Counted from the first letter of the stretch, positions 21,205 through 29,762 are shown. The stretch: 64,000 bases of DNA from Lachnospiraceae bacterium (GCA_050874665.1 JBNMLC010000006.1:12930-76929); one strand, 5' to 3'. The notes: generated by a model not told the origin, from the letters alone. Numbers and translations: made by a program.

Positions 21205-22060
21205 GATAAGCCTCCTTTATCTTTTCTATAAATTTTTCTTTTCCTACTCGATCCAGTGTAAATTTAAATCTTTCACCGGCATTTGCATAATCTGCAAAGA
21301 ACTGAATTGCCGCATCTGTAATTCTAAAGAGCTGCTCCTCGTCTGTTACTAACGGCAGTGGTGATTCACCCTTGCTAATGGTATTTCCAAACGTTCCGCC
21401 AAAGGACAGAATATATGCTGACTTGGCATCCCATGCATCTGTTGGACAGGATTTTACACATCTGCCACAATAATTGCATTTATCATAATCCACAACTACT
21501 TTTCCATCGTTAACGGTAATCGCATTGCAGCGACACGCTTTTTCGCAGACACCGCAGCCGATACATTTGTCTTCCACCCACTTTACATCTAGTGCTCCCT
21601 TAATGCCGACATCATTTTCCTCTGCTTTCAGGCAGTTATTCTGACAGCCGGTGACTCCAAATTTGAATTTATGTGGCAGTTCTCTTCCAAAATAGCGGTT
21701 ATTCAATTTTTCAGCAATGTCCTGTGTATTGATATTTCCGCTTGGACAAATTTCATTTCCCTGACAGGCTGTCACTGTTCTGACTCTGGGGCCGCATACC
21801 CCAGGCTGACAACCGCCCTTTGCCAGTTCCTCTTTTACTTCATCTATATCTGCCAGTTTAATAAATGGTATCTCCACGCCTTGTCTGGAGGTTAAATGAA
21901 CATATCCATCGCCGAATTTTTCTGCTACTTCAGCAATCTTTTTCAGGTTTTCTGCTGTAAGTGTTCCACCTACCACCTGTAATCTTAAAGAAAAATTGTT
22001 TTTTTGCTTTTGACGCATAAATCCGCCCTTTTTTAACGTTGAGTAATCTACTGCTCCCAT
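21197..22060 (-). CDS. small siroheme-type sulfite reductase-like protein fused to a 2x[4Fe-4S] ferredoxin domain (AsrC-like)
   Basis: SiR Cys motifs TACQGNEIC (CX5C) and GCQNNC (CX3C). Ferredoxin motifs CIGCGVCEKAC and CNYCGRCVKSCP. Confidence 0.7.
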   Translation of the reverse strand: MGAVDYSTLKKGGFMRQKQKNNFSLRLQVVGGTLTAENLKKIAEVAEKFGDGYVHLTSRQGVEIPFIKLADIDEVKEELAKGGCQPGVCGPRVRTVTACQGNEICPSGNINTQDIAEKLNNRYFGRELPHKFKFGVTGCQNNCLKAEENDVGIKGALDVKWVEDKCIGCGVCEKACRCNAITVNDGKVVVDYDKCNYCGRCVKSCPTDAWDAKSAYILSFGGTFGNTISKGESPLPLVTDEEQLFRITDAAIQFFADYANAGERFKFTLDRVGKEKFIEKIKEAYHG

Positions 22061-22084
22061 ATACGCACTCTCCTTTATGTTTCC

Positions 22085-23320
22085 TTACGCATTTAAAATT
22101 GCCTGTTTAAAATCGGCTTTTAAGTCTTCAATATCCTCTATTCCCACGCTGACACGAATCAGGTCATCATATACACCAGAGGCCTCTCTCTCCTCTTTTG
22201 TCAAATGTAGTGCCAATGTAGATTCTGGATGAATCACCAATGTCTTGGTATCTCCAATATTTGACAATATGTACGGTATCTTTAATCCATTAACGATTTT
22301 GAATGCTCTTTCTTTGCTCCCTGCACGTAATGTAAGAATGGCACCATAACCGTTCTGCATTTGTTTTTTCGCTATTTCATGATATCTGCTGTCTAAAAGT
22401 CCAGGATAATTTACGGTGATTCCTGCCTCCAATGTTGTCAAATACTCCGCAAGCTCTAAAGCATTGGCACATTCTCGTTCCATACGAAGTCCCAGTGTTT
22501 CCAATCCTACACAGTTTAAAAATGCATTTTGCGGGGACAGACAGGCTCCCATATTTCGGAACAAGCCATTTCTCAGCTTCGCAATATATGCCATTTTGCC
22601 AAACTTTAAATATTCCTTCAAACCAGGATAACGTTTAGAATCCCATTGGAAGCTTCCTCCGTCCGTTAAAATTCCACTAATTGCATTACTGCTTCCGTTG
22701 ATATACTTTGAAGATGAATTTACTACAATATCTGCTCCTAATTCTAACGGTCTTGTAAGGTAAGGTGATGCTACCGTATTATCAATAATTAACGGAAGAT
22801 TATGTCTGTGGCTCACCTCTGCAACCGCCGCAATATCTGTGACATCTAGTTTTGGATTTCCTATCGTTTCAGCAAACACTACTCTTGTTTTTTCTGTAAT
22901 GAGTTTTTCAAATTCTTCCGGATCATTTTCTTTTACATAGACTGTTTTAATTCCAAATGCCTCAATATCATGAAGCAAATCTACAGTTCCGCCATACAGA
23001 CCTGCAGCCGCAACAATTTCATCTCCGCTCTGTAAAATATTTAAAAAGGCATTGGTCAATGCTGCCATGCCGGAAGCACATGCAATACTGGCAATTCCTT
23101 TTTCTAACTTTGTTATTTTCTTTTCAAACGCTTCGATGGTAGGATTATTTATTCTTGTATAAGAAAATCCCATTGCTTTATTATCAAATATTTTTTCTAA
23201 TTTTTCCGCACTATCATGGAAGAAGGCGCTGGACTGATAAACCGGTACCATCGTTGCTCCGTAGGGATTATCTTCTTTTATATCATGCAACAGCGATGTG
23301 TTAAATCCAAAATTCTCCAT
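22085..23320 (-). CDS. metY: O-acetylhomoserine sulfhydrylase-type PLP enzyme
   Basis: 411 aa. Cys/Met-metabolism PLP family with a Lys in SSSKYINGS. Confidence 0.85.
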   Translation of the reverse strand: MENFGFNTSLLHDIKEDNPYGATMVPVYQSSAFFHDSAEKLEKIFDNKAMGFSYTRINNPTIEAFEKKITKLEKGIASIACASGMAALTNAFLNILQSGDEIVAAAGLYGGTVDLLHDIEAFGIKTVYVKENDPEEFEKLITEKTRVVFAETIGNPKLDVTDIAAVAEVSHRHNLPLIIDNTVASPYLTRPLELGADIVVNSSSKYINGSSNAISGILTDGGSFQWDSKRYPGLKEYLKFGKMAYIAKLRNGLFRNMGACLSPQNAFLNCVGLETLGLRMERECANALELAEYLTTLEAGITVNYPGLLDSRYHEIAKKQMQNGYGAILTLRAGSKERAFKIVNGLKIPYILSNIGDTKTLVIHPESTLALHLTKEEREASGVYDDLIRVSVGIEDIEDLKADFKQAILNA

Positions 23321-23340
23321 TCTCTTACTCCAATCTCTTT

Positions 23341-24270
23341 TTATTTGTACAATGATGTTGATAAATACCTCTCTCCAGTATCCGGAAGTATTACCACGAT
23401 ATTTTTTCCTTCATTTTCAGGACGTTCTGCCAATTTAATTGCTGCATCTAATGCTGCACCAGAAGAAATCCCCACCATAAGTCCGTCACTGGCTGCAACT
23501 TCTCTGGAACGTTGAAATGCTGCGTTATTTTCTACTTTGATAATCTCATCTACAATGTCTAAACGCATTACCTTTGGCACAAATCCTGCACCGATTCCCT
23601 GTATTGAATGCGGTCCCGGTTTTTCGCCGGATAATACTGCTGAAGTAGCAGGCTCTACAGCAATCACTTTGATTGCAGGATTTTTTTCCTTTAATCCAAG
23701 TCCGGTTCCTGTAATGGTTCCACCCGTTCCCACTGCTGAAACAAAGAAATCAATCTTTCCTGCGGTATCTCTCCAGATTTCTTCTGCTGTAGTTACTTTA
23801 TGAATCTCAGGATTCGCATCATTTTCAAATTGCTGGAGTATCACTGCATTGCCATACTGTTTTTTTAACTCCTGCGCTTTTTCGATTGCGCCTTTCATTC
23901 CTTCGTATCCCGGAGTCAAAACCACTTCTGCTCCCAGTGCCTGTACAATCTTTCTTCTTTCCACACTCATTGTTTCCGGCATAGTAAGAATTAAGTGAAG
24001 CCCCCGGCATGCAGCCGAAAAAGCAAGTCCAATACCTGTATTTCCACTGGTAGGTTCAATCAAAACAGTGTCTTGATTAATCTTTCCTTCTCGAATGCCC
24101 TGTTCAATCATCGCATTCGCTACTCTGTCTTTTACACTTCCTAACGGATTAAAGTATTCTAGTTTTGCTATAATATGTGCTTTCAACTGATGTTCCTGCT
24201 CATAGTTCGTCAGTTCTAAAAGCGGTGTATTACCAATTAGTTCTGTCAAATGACGTGCAATTCCTGCCAT
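23341..24270 (-). CDS. cysK: cysteine synthase (CysK/CysM family)
   Basis: IGNTPLLEL, PTSGNTGIGLA and GIGAGF motifs. 309 aa. Confidence 0.9.
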   Translation of the reverse strand: MAGIARHLTELIGNTPLLELTNYEQEHQLKAHIIAKLEYFNPLGSVKDRVANAMIEQGIREGKINQDTVLIEPTSGNTGIGLAFSAACRGLHLILTMPETMSVERRKIVQALGAEVVLTPGYEGMKGAIEKAQELKKQYGNAVILQQFENDANPEIHKVTTAEEIWRDTAGKIDFFVSAVGTGGTITGTGLGLKEKNPAIKVIAVEPATSAVLSGEKPGPHSIQGIGAGFVPKVMRLDIVDEIIKVENNAAFQRSREVAASDGLMVGISSGAALDAAIKLAERPENEGKNIVVILPDTGERYLSTSLYK

Positions 24271-24300
24271 GTTTTCACCATCCTTTTTTCTTCTGAACCT

Positions 24301-24331
24301 ATCATAATCCCTACTAACCTACTATGTCAAT
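24301..24331 (-). promoter_or_regulatory. sigmaA-type promoter of the cysK-to-JAMM operon
   Basis: Minus strand: ATTGACATAGTAGG..., with TTGACA (24325-24330), an 18-nt spacer and TATGAT (24301-24306). It shares a 14-nt string with the promoter at 26061-26091. Confidence 0.5.
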
Positions 24332-24394
24332 ATGTTTATATGAATAACTGGTTATCGAATACACCTATAGCAAACCTCTTTATAACCTCATTAA

Positions 24395-24826
24395 CTATAT
24401 AACATAATTATCAATCCCTTGATTTTCCCGCATCAAATCCGCAATCGTAATTCCCTCTAAATATTCATCAATCACCTTTTCTAACCCTTCCCACATTTTA
24501 AGTGTACTACATTCCATTGCCCGTTCACATGTATTCGGCTTATGATCCAGACAGGCAACCGGTGCCAGTGAATTTTCCGTAAGCTTCAAAATACTTCCAA
24601 TGGTATACTGCTCTGGTCGTCTTGCCAGTTTATATCCGCCACCTTTTCCTCTAAGTGAAATAAGAAAGCCATTTCTGCTTAATATCACAACAATCGACTC
24701 TAAATATTTTTCTGAAATTTCCTGACGCTTTGCAATATCCATCAACGGTATAAATTCTCCTGTATTATGTTCTGCCAAATCAATCATAACACGAATGGCA
24801 TATCGTCCCTTTGTTGAAATTTTCAT
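24395..24826 (-). CDS. Rrf2 family transcriptional regulator (CymR-like)
   Basis: MKISTKGRYAIRVMIDLA... wHTH. 143 aa. Overlaps the upstream gene by 4 nt. Confidence 0.85.
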   Translation of the reverse strand: MKISTKGRYAIRVMIDLAEHNTGEFIPLMDIAKRQEISEKYLESIVVILSRNGFLISLRGKGGGYKLARRPEQYTIGSILKLTENSLAPVACLDHKPNTCERAMECSTLKMWEGLEKVIDEYLEGITIADLMRENQGIDNYVI

Positions 24827-25983
24827 ACTTCTTCCTCTTTTCCTTTTTCATAATCATCTAAAAAATTATATACCATGTCATCTTTATGATAGCCTATAAT
24901 GGTATTTAAATTTACATTGTGAACACTTTTAAATATGTTTCCGTCAATCACATCACTGACTTTTCTCATCTGTGCAATCAATTCTTTCATTTCATCACGT
25001 TTAGAACCTTTTGCCCCACCACAGGTAGCACAGTTTTCTGTAAAACGGCAGGCACACTGAATAAACGATAATTTGTTATAATCCCTCCATGCCATAATAG
25101 CTTCCTCTTTTATCATATACAATGGTCGAATCAATTCCATTCCTTCAAAATGATTGCTATGAAGTTTTGGCATCATTGTTTCTATTTTTCCACCATAAAA
25201 CATTCCCATAAGCACAGTTTCAATCATATCATCAAAATGATGCCCTAACGCTATTTTATTACAGCCTAATTCTTTTGCCTTAGAGTAAAGATAACCTCTG
25301 CGCATTCTGGCACATAAATAACATGGGCTTTTGTCTATTTCTGCCACAATATCAAAAATCTGCGTTTCAAAGACCGTCAGCGGAATTCCAAGCAGTTTTG
25401 CATTGTTTTGTATTATCTCCCAGTTATCTGCATTGTACCCCGGATTCATAATAAGAAATATTAACTCAAACGGAATTTTCCCATGTCTTTGCAGCTCCTG
25501 CATCAATTTTGCAAGAAGCATAGAATCCTTTCCTCCAGATATACATACCGCAATTTTATCTCCCTCATTTACTAACTGGTATTCATTCACTGCTTTTGTA
25601 AATTTTCGCCAGATTGGCTTTCGAAATTTTTTGATTATGCTGCGCTCAATTTCTTTTGTTCTCTCTGCATAGCTTTCTTCCTCCATCATACAATCCAGTT
25701 GATATCTAAGATACGCCCGATAACCTCCTTTAATATTTACGCCGTGTATTCCATGTTCTTGTAATATTTCTACCGCCTCTTTGCTCTTTTCTCCCGTATG
25801 ACATAAAACATAAACGGCTTCTGCCTTTGCAAATTGCTGTATATTCTGTTCTATTTCTTCCAGCGGGATATTGATCGCATTTTCTACCGTCCCACGATTG
25901 AAATTGTCTTCACTTCTGATATCTATTAAGAAGCTGTTTCCTTCGTCTAATGTAAGTAATTCTTGTATGGTGATTTCTTCCAT
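24823..25983 (-). CDS. rhodanese domain fused to a TtcA-like PP-loop tRNA thiolase
   Basis: N-terminal rhodanese with active-site loop CHTGEKS. CISGGKDS PP-loop. Cys pairs CYLCARMRRG and CAC. Start set at ATG 25983 (MEEITIQ). The track ORF extends to 26010, where there is no SD. Confidence 0.75.
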   Translation of the reverse strand: MEEITIQELLTLDEGNSFLIDIRSEDNFNRGTVENAINIPLEEIEQNIQQFAKAEAVYVLCHTGEKSKEAVEILQEHGIHGVNIKGGYRAYLRYQLDCMMEEESYAERTKEIERSIIKKFRKPIWRKFTKAVNEYQLVNEGDKIAVCISGGKDSMLLAKLMQELQRHGKIPFELIFLIMNPGYNADNWEIIQNNAKLLGIPLTVFETQIFDIVAEIDKSPCYLCARMRRGYLYSKAKELGCNKIALGHHFDDMIETVLMGMFYGGKIETMMPKLHSNHFEGMELIRPLYMIKEEAIMAWRDYNKLSFIQCACRFTENCATCGGAKGSKRDEMKELIAQMRKVSDVIDGNIFKSVHNVNLNTIIGYHKDDMVYNFLDDYEKGKEEEV

Positions 25984-26060
25984 AATTTTGCACCCACTTT
26001 CTATTGTCATAAATAAAAGACGCCATGCCAGACGTCTTTTATCAGTTCTTTCTCAAAATT

Positions 26061-26091
26061 ATATTACACTTTTTCAGCCTACTATGTCAAT
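26061..26091 (-). promoter_or_regulatory. sigmaA-type promoter of the rhodanese-TtcA/Rrf2 operon
   Basis: Minus strand: TTGACA (26085-26090), an 18-nt spacer and TAATAT (26061-26066). Carries the same ATTGACATAGTAGG string as the cysK promoter. Confidence 0.45.
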
Positions 26092-26119
26092 AGGTTAATG
26101 GTGGAGATTGTTCTCCTTC

Positions 26120-26290
26120 CTACGTAATCAGTGAAGATACTTTATAATTTTTGAATTTTTCCCTTTCATTTAAATCCGTAAGTTCTATTACAAATCCTGC
26201 CTTTACCACTTCTCCCCCAAGTGCTTCCACCAGTTTAATTATTGCCTCAGTAGTTCCTCCTGTAGCCAGTAAATTATCCAAAATGTTTTC
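26120..26290 (-). pseudogene. apt: 3'-terminal remnant of adenine phosphoribosyltransferase (about the last 55 codons only)
   Basis: [54 protein letters not shown] aligns with the C-terminal third of Apt (PRPP loop DDLLATGGT). No N-terminal two-thirds is present. The upstream sequence is the 3' end of the ABC ATPase gene. Confidence 0.7.
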
Positions 26291-26303
26291 TTTCCATAAT
26301 TTT

Positions 26304-27092
26304 CTAAATATAATACTCAATATTGAGTTCTGAATTTCCTAAAAAGCTTGTAAGTATCTTTTTTCGAATTTCCAAAAACAGATTATTGCTTCGATCCCTT
26401 GGTCTTGAAAGTTTCACCGGTATAATCTCTTTAATTTTTCCCGGTCGTTCTGACAAAATCACAATACGATCACTTAGGAAAATTGCCTCGTCAATGTCAT
26501 GAGTGACCAGCACCATAGTACGCTTTTCGTGCTCCCAAATACGAAGTACCTCGTTCTGCATGTTAATACGAGTAAATGCATCCAAAGCTCCAAAAGGTTC
26601 ATCCAACAACAGTACCTTTGGATTTCCTACTAAAGCTCTTGCAATACTGGCACGCTGTTGCATGCCACCGGAAAGTTGTGCGGGGTATGCATTTTCAAAT
26701 CCTGTTAATCCTACTAAATCAATATGTTCCTGAATTTTTTTCTCATGTTCACTTTTCGGTACATCCTTAGGAATTCCAAATCGTATATTTTTCTCTATGG
26801 TAAGCCATGGATATAATCTCGCTTCCTGAAACACCATCCCCACATCAGCAATCGGTTTTTCTACCTTTCTCGTTCCCACATCAATTTCACCCGAACTCGC
26901 CTTTTCCAATCCTATGATGAGTTTTAATAATGTACTTTTTCCACAGCCACTAGAGCCAACAATACTGACAAATTCTCCTGGCTTAATATCTAAATTAATA
27001 TCTTCTAGTACCTGAATATTTTCTTTCTCTAAAGGGTATATCTTGGACACATTACGAATATGCAGTTCATTCTCCTGTAATTGCTCTGCCAT
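26304..27092 (-). CDS. ABC transporter ATP-binding protein, TauB/SsuB (NitT/TauT) type
   Basis: Walker [10 protein letters not shown], signature LSGGMQQR, Walker B LLLDEPF. ATG at 27092 sits 6 nt after AGGTG. The track ORF starts at GTG 27101. Confidence 0.9.
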   Translation of the reverse strand: MAEQLQENELHIRNVSKIYPLEKENIQVLEDINLDIKPGEFVSIVGSSGCGKSTLLKLIIGLEKASSGEIDVGTRKVEKPIADVGMVFQEARLYPWLTIEKNIRFGIPKDVPKSEHEKKIQEHIDLVGLTGFENAYPAQLSGGMQQRASIARALVGNPKVLLLDEPFGALDAFTRINMQNEVLRIWEHEKRTMVLVTHDIDEAIFLSDRIVILSERPGKIKEIIPVKLSRPRDRSNNLFLEIRKKILTSFLGNSELNIEYYI

Positions 27093-27101
27093 TTTATTCA
27101 C

Positions 27102-27896
27102 CTACCTTCCCTGCTGAATATAGTTCCAGCGTAATAATCTTTTTTGGAGCTTTACAATCATAAAATCTATTAATAATCCCACAATCCCAATAGTAAACAC
27201 ACCTGCCAATACAACATCTGGCTGGGATAACTCTCTTGCGTAGGTAATCATATAACCAATACCAGAAGATGCAGCCACCATTTCTGCAGCTACGACACAG
27301 GTCCACGCTGTACTGACTCCCAAGCGAATTCCCGTAAAAATAGAAGGCCATGCCGATGGTAAAATAACATTAAAAAGGACTTCTTTCTTATTTTTTTCTA
27401 AGACACGTGCTACTTCTAATAATTTCTTATCTGCGGATAAAATTCCACTGATTGTATTTAATAAAACCGGCCATAAAGTTCCAATAATAATAACTGCAAC
27501 CTTTGATCCTTCACCAATTCCTAACCAGAGAATCAATAGTGGAATCCATGCTATCATTGGTATCGGTCGAAAAATGCTGACTAATGAGCTGAGTATTTTA
27601 TTCAACTTTTTTGACAAACCCATCAGCACACCTGACAGGATTCCTATTGCTGAGCCTAGTGCGAATCCCTTAATTACCCTGCCACCACTTACCAGCAAGT
27701 TTTCTGCCAATTCACCATTACCAATCAATTTTATCAATGTCTCCCCTACCTTAACAGGTGAAGGAAGTATATGCTTATTTAGAATCCCCGTTACGCTACC
27801 TATATACCAGACAAGCAACAGCACAATAGGTGCAACTACTTTCAAGAAAATATTATCTATTCTTTTCTTTATATACATATTATCTTTTTCTTTCAT
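27102..27896 (-). CDS. ABC transporter permease, TauC/SsuC type
   Basis: 264 aa and multi-pass hydrophobic. Lies immediately upstream of the ATPase. Confidence 0.85.
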   Translation of the reverse strand: MKEKDNMYIKKRIDNIFLKVVAPIVLLLVWYIGSVTGILNKHILPSPVKVGETLIKLIGNGELAENLLVSGGRVIKGFALGSAIGILSGVLMGLSKKLNKILSSLVSIFRPIPMIAWIPLLILWLGIGEGSKVAVIIIGTLWPVLLNTISGILSADKKLLEVARVLEKNKKEVLFNVILPSAWPSIFTGIRLGVSTAWTCVVAAEMVAASSGIGYMITYARELSQPDVVLAGVFTIGIVGLLIDFMIVKLQKRLLRWNYIQQGR

Positions 27897-27916
27897 ATAC
27901 GCACATCCTTTATCAT

Positions 27917-28387
27917 TTATGCATCTTTTGCAAGCCTGTCAATATGAACATATAGCGGATGCTTTTCTTTTTCTTCTTTCCGGCGAACCGGATAGCTCTC
28001 CTCTATAACCTCAGTAGGTTCAATATAATAAACAGCTGCCAAGTCATTATTTTCATCTCGCTCCTGAGCTGCAATATAAGCGTCTTCATACTCATGTCCG
28101 GCAATCAGACATTTTTTAGGTATGCCTTTGATCTGATAACTTTTTCTTTCTTTCGTAATTATATTAATTGCGACTTTTTTATCAAACCAAAGTGCATATG
28201 TCACATTTTTATGTGTCTGAGAACTCTCTAAAAGTTCCCAATAACGAATCTGTCCGTCCTCTGTGACTGCGATACTCTCTTTTGCTACTACATGTGGAAT
28301 ACCATGACGATCAATTGTAGCAAACACTTTTACACTTTCTTTATCTTCTATAGCTTCTTTTAATTCTTTACTAATCTCTGCTGCCAT
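27917..28387 (-). CDS. PNPOx-like / split-barrel flavin-binding family protein (module 1)
   Basis: 156 aa. ...VKVFATIDRHGIPHVVAKES... matches the N-terminal pattern of pyridoxamine-phosphate-oxidase-like proteins. Paralogue of 30831-31301. Confidence 0.55.
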   Translation of the reverse strand: MAAEISKELKEAIEDKESVKVFATIDRHGIPHVVAKESIAVTEDGQIRYWELLESSQTHKNVTYALWFDKKVAINIITKERKSYQIKGIPKKCLIAGHEYEDAYIAAQERDENNDLAAVYYIEPTEVIEESYPVRRKEEKEKHPLYVHIDRLAKDA

Positions 28388-28460
28388 AATGACTTCCTCC
28401 TATTTTTTGATAAAGTATCAGCCACTTTACTTAATTGCAAAGCAGCTGATACCTCAAAAT

Positions 28461-29729
28461 TTAATCAATTCTCGCTAAATCCGTATTTGGATGATTTCCG
28501 CATCGGCGATAATCGTCTGTATAAATAGTAAGACCATTCTTCCTTCTCACTTCCGCAAGCCCTAGTGCTAACTGCACATAATATTCTAAAGAAGGTGTTT
28601 TCTGTTTCATAAAGATTGCACCCGGAAGCGTATTCCATACACATTCTGCAAAACTTACCCCATGAGCAGCAATTTCCTCTGCTTCTGCGAGTACTGCCTT
28701 TAATGCTTCCTGCTCATCGGAAAATCCATTTGGCTGTGCAGTTTCTACACCGCCGACAATACCACAATCTACATTTCCACGCCCAAATACCTCCACTGCA
28801 TCATATAGACGGTGTTTCCATTCATCATACCCTACTAGTCTTGCCTTTCCAGGACATACCCAACTAAACAATTCTTTGTTTAATACTTCCAAATCTGTAG
28901 TGTAAGTAGTAATTGCTGTTTCCTCATACATTCTTTGAAGCTGCTTTTTTGAAAATGCACTGGCAACCAGCTTCACTGGAAATTTATCTGTCTTAAATGC
29001 CTTTTCTGCTGCATGAAGTGCCTTAATATACAAGTCAACCTCATCATCAAATATTTTCGCACCACTTAAGGTCGAACCGGCTGTCATATGATAGGAAGCA
29101 TAGCGCCCTTTCTGCTTAATTGCCTCTCGTACTGTCTCTTCGACATTCTGAAACCATGTTTCATTTCGGACATCGCCTTCATCATTGGCACCGCGGTGAG
29201 CTGAAAATAATGCACAATACTTACATCCTTCTTTTGGATTGTCCCAAAAGTGACATTTCGTAGCCGGTGCAATTGTAATTCGCTGTGGTCTTGCAGATGC
29301 CACCAGACGCATCGGTGTCCCATTACTTGTTGTTTTGTCATAAAAGTCCGGTTTTTCCCAAAACCATGCTTCCTCGTAAACTTTATCCTTATCAACAATC
29401 ACAAGTTTGTCATCTACTACATCTAATATATACGGATCACGATATGTCCAATCATATACCTGGGTATGTCCCTGGCAAATCACAGAACCGTCTCTTAAAA
29501 ACAATCCAATCGGTGAAATCTGTTTTCCATGTCCAATCAAATAATCATAAGGCTCTACATGATGTTTCTTAGGGTCTACTTTTACAAAAGCTCTATCTGT
29601 ATAAGCAATTCCTCTCCTGCTCACATCAATTTTCAATGCCACAATCGGCGGAATATCCGGATACTTTTCTAAGACCTGCTCATAGCTAAGTTCTTTTTCC
29701 CGCCATTTTGTTTTATCATTAATGCTCAT
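28461..29729 (-). CDS. uncharacterised Fe-S / radical-SAM-like enzyme with a CX9CX2C triad (module 1)
   Basis: ARPQRITIAPATKCHFWDNPKEGCKYC, then HMTAGSTL (a GGE-like motif). Paralogue of 31312-32565. ATG at 29729; the track ORF starts at GTG 29738. Family not recognised. Confidence 0.5.
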   Translation of the reverse strand: MSINDKTKWREKELSYEQVLEKYPDIPPIVALKIDVSRRGIAYTDRAFVKVDPKKHHVEPYDYLIGHGKQISPIGLFLRDGSVICQGHTQVYDWTYRDPYILDVVDDKLVIVDKDKVYEEAWFWEKPDFYDKTTSNGTPMRLVASARPQRITIAPATKCHFWDNPKEGCKYCALFSAHRGANDEGDVRNETWFQNVEETVREAIKQKGRYASYHMTAGSTLSGAKIFDDEVDLYIKALHAAEKAFKTDKFPVKLVASAFSKKQLQRMYEETAITTYTTDLEVLNKELFSWVCPGKARLVGYDEWKHRLYDAVEVFGRGNVDCGIVGGVETAQPNGFSDEQEALKAVLAEAEEIAAHGVSFAECVWNTLPGAIFMKQKTPSLEYYVQLALGLAEVRRKNGLTIYTDDYRRCGNHPNTDLARID

Positions 29730-29762
29730 TGTTTTCACTCTTTTCTTAATCTAATGGAAACT

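Noticed and set aside
27094-27351. Same-strand alternative-frame ORFs inside larger genes (27094-27351, 29084-29398, 23825-24010, 33284-33478, 37028-37213, 6952-7140)
   Set aside because: Each is nested out of frame within a gene that has strong family motifs, and none has its own SD or recognisable domain.
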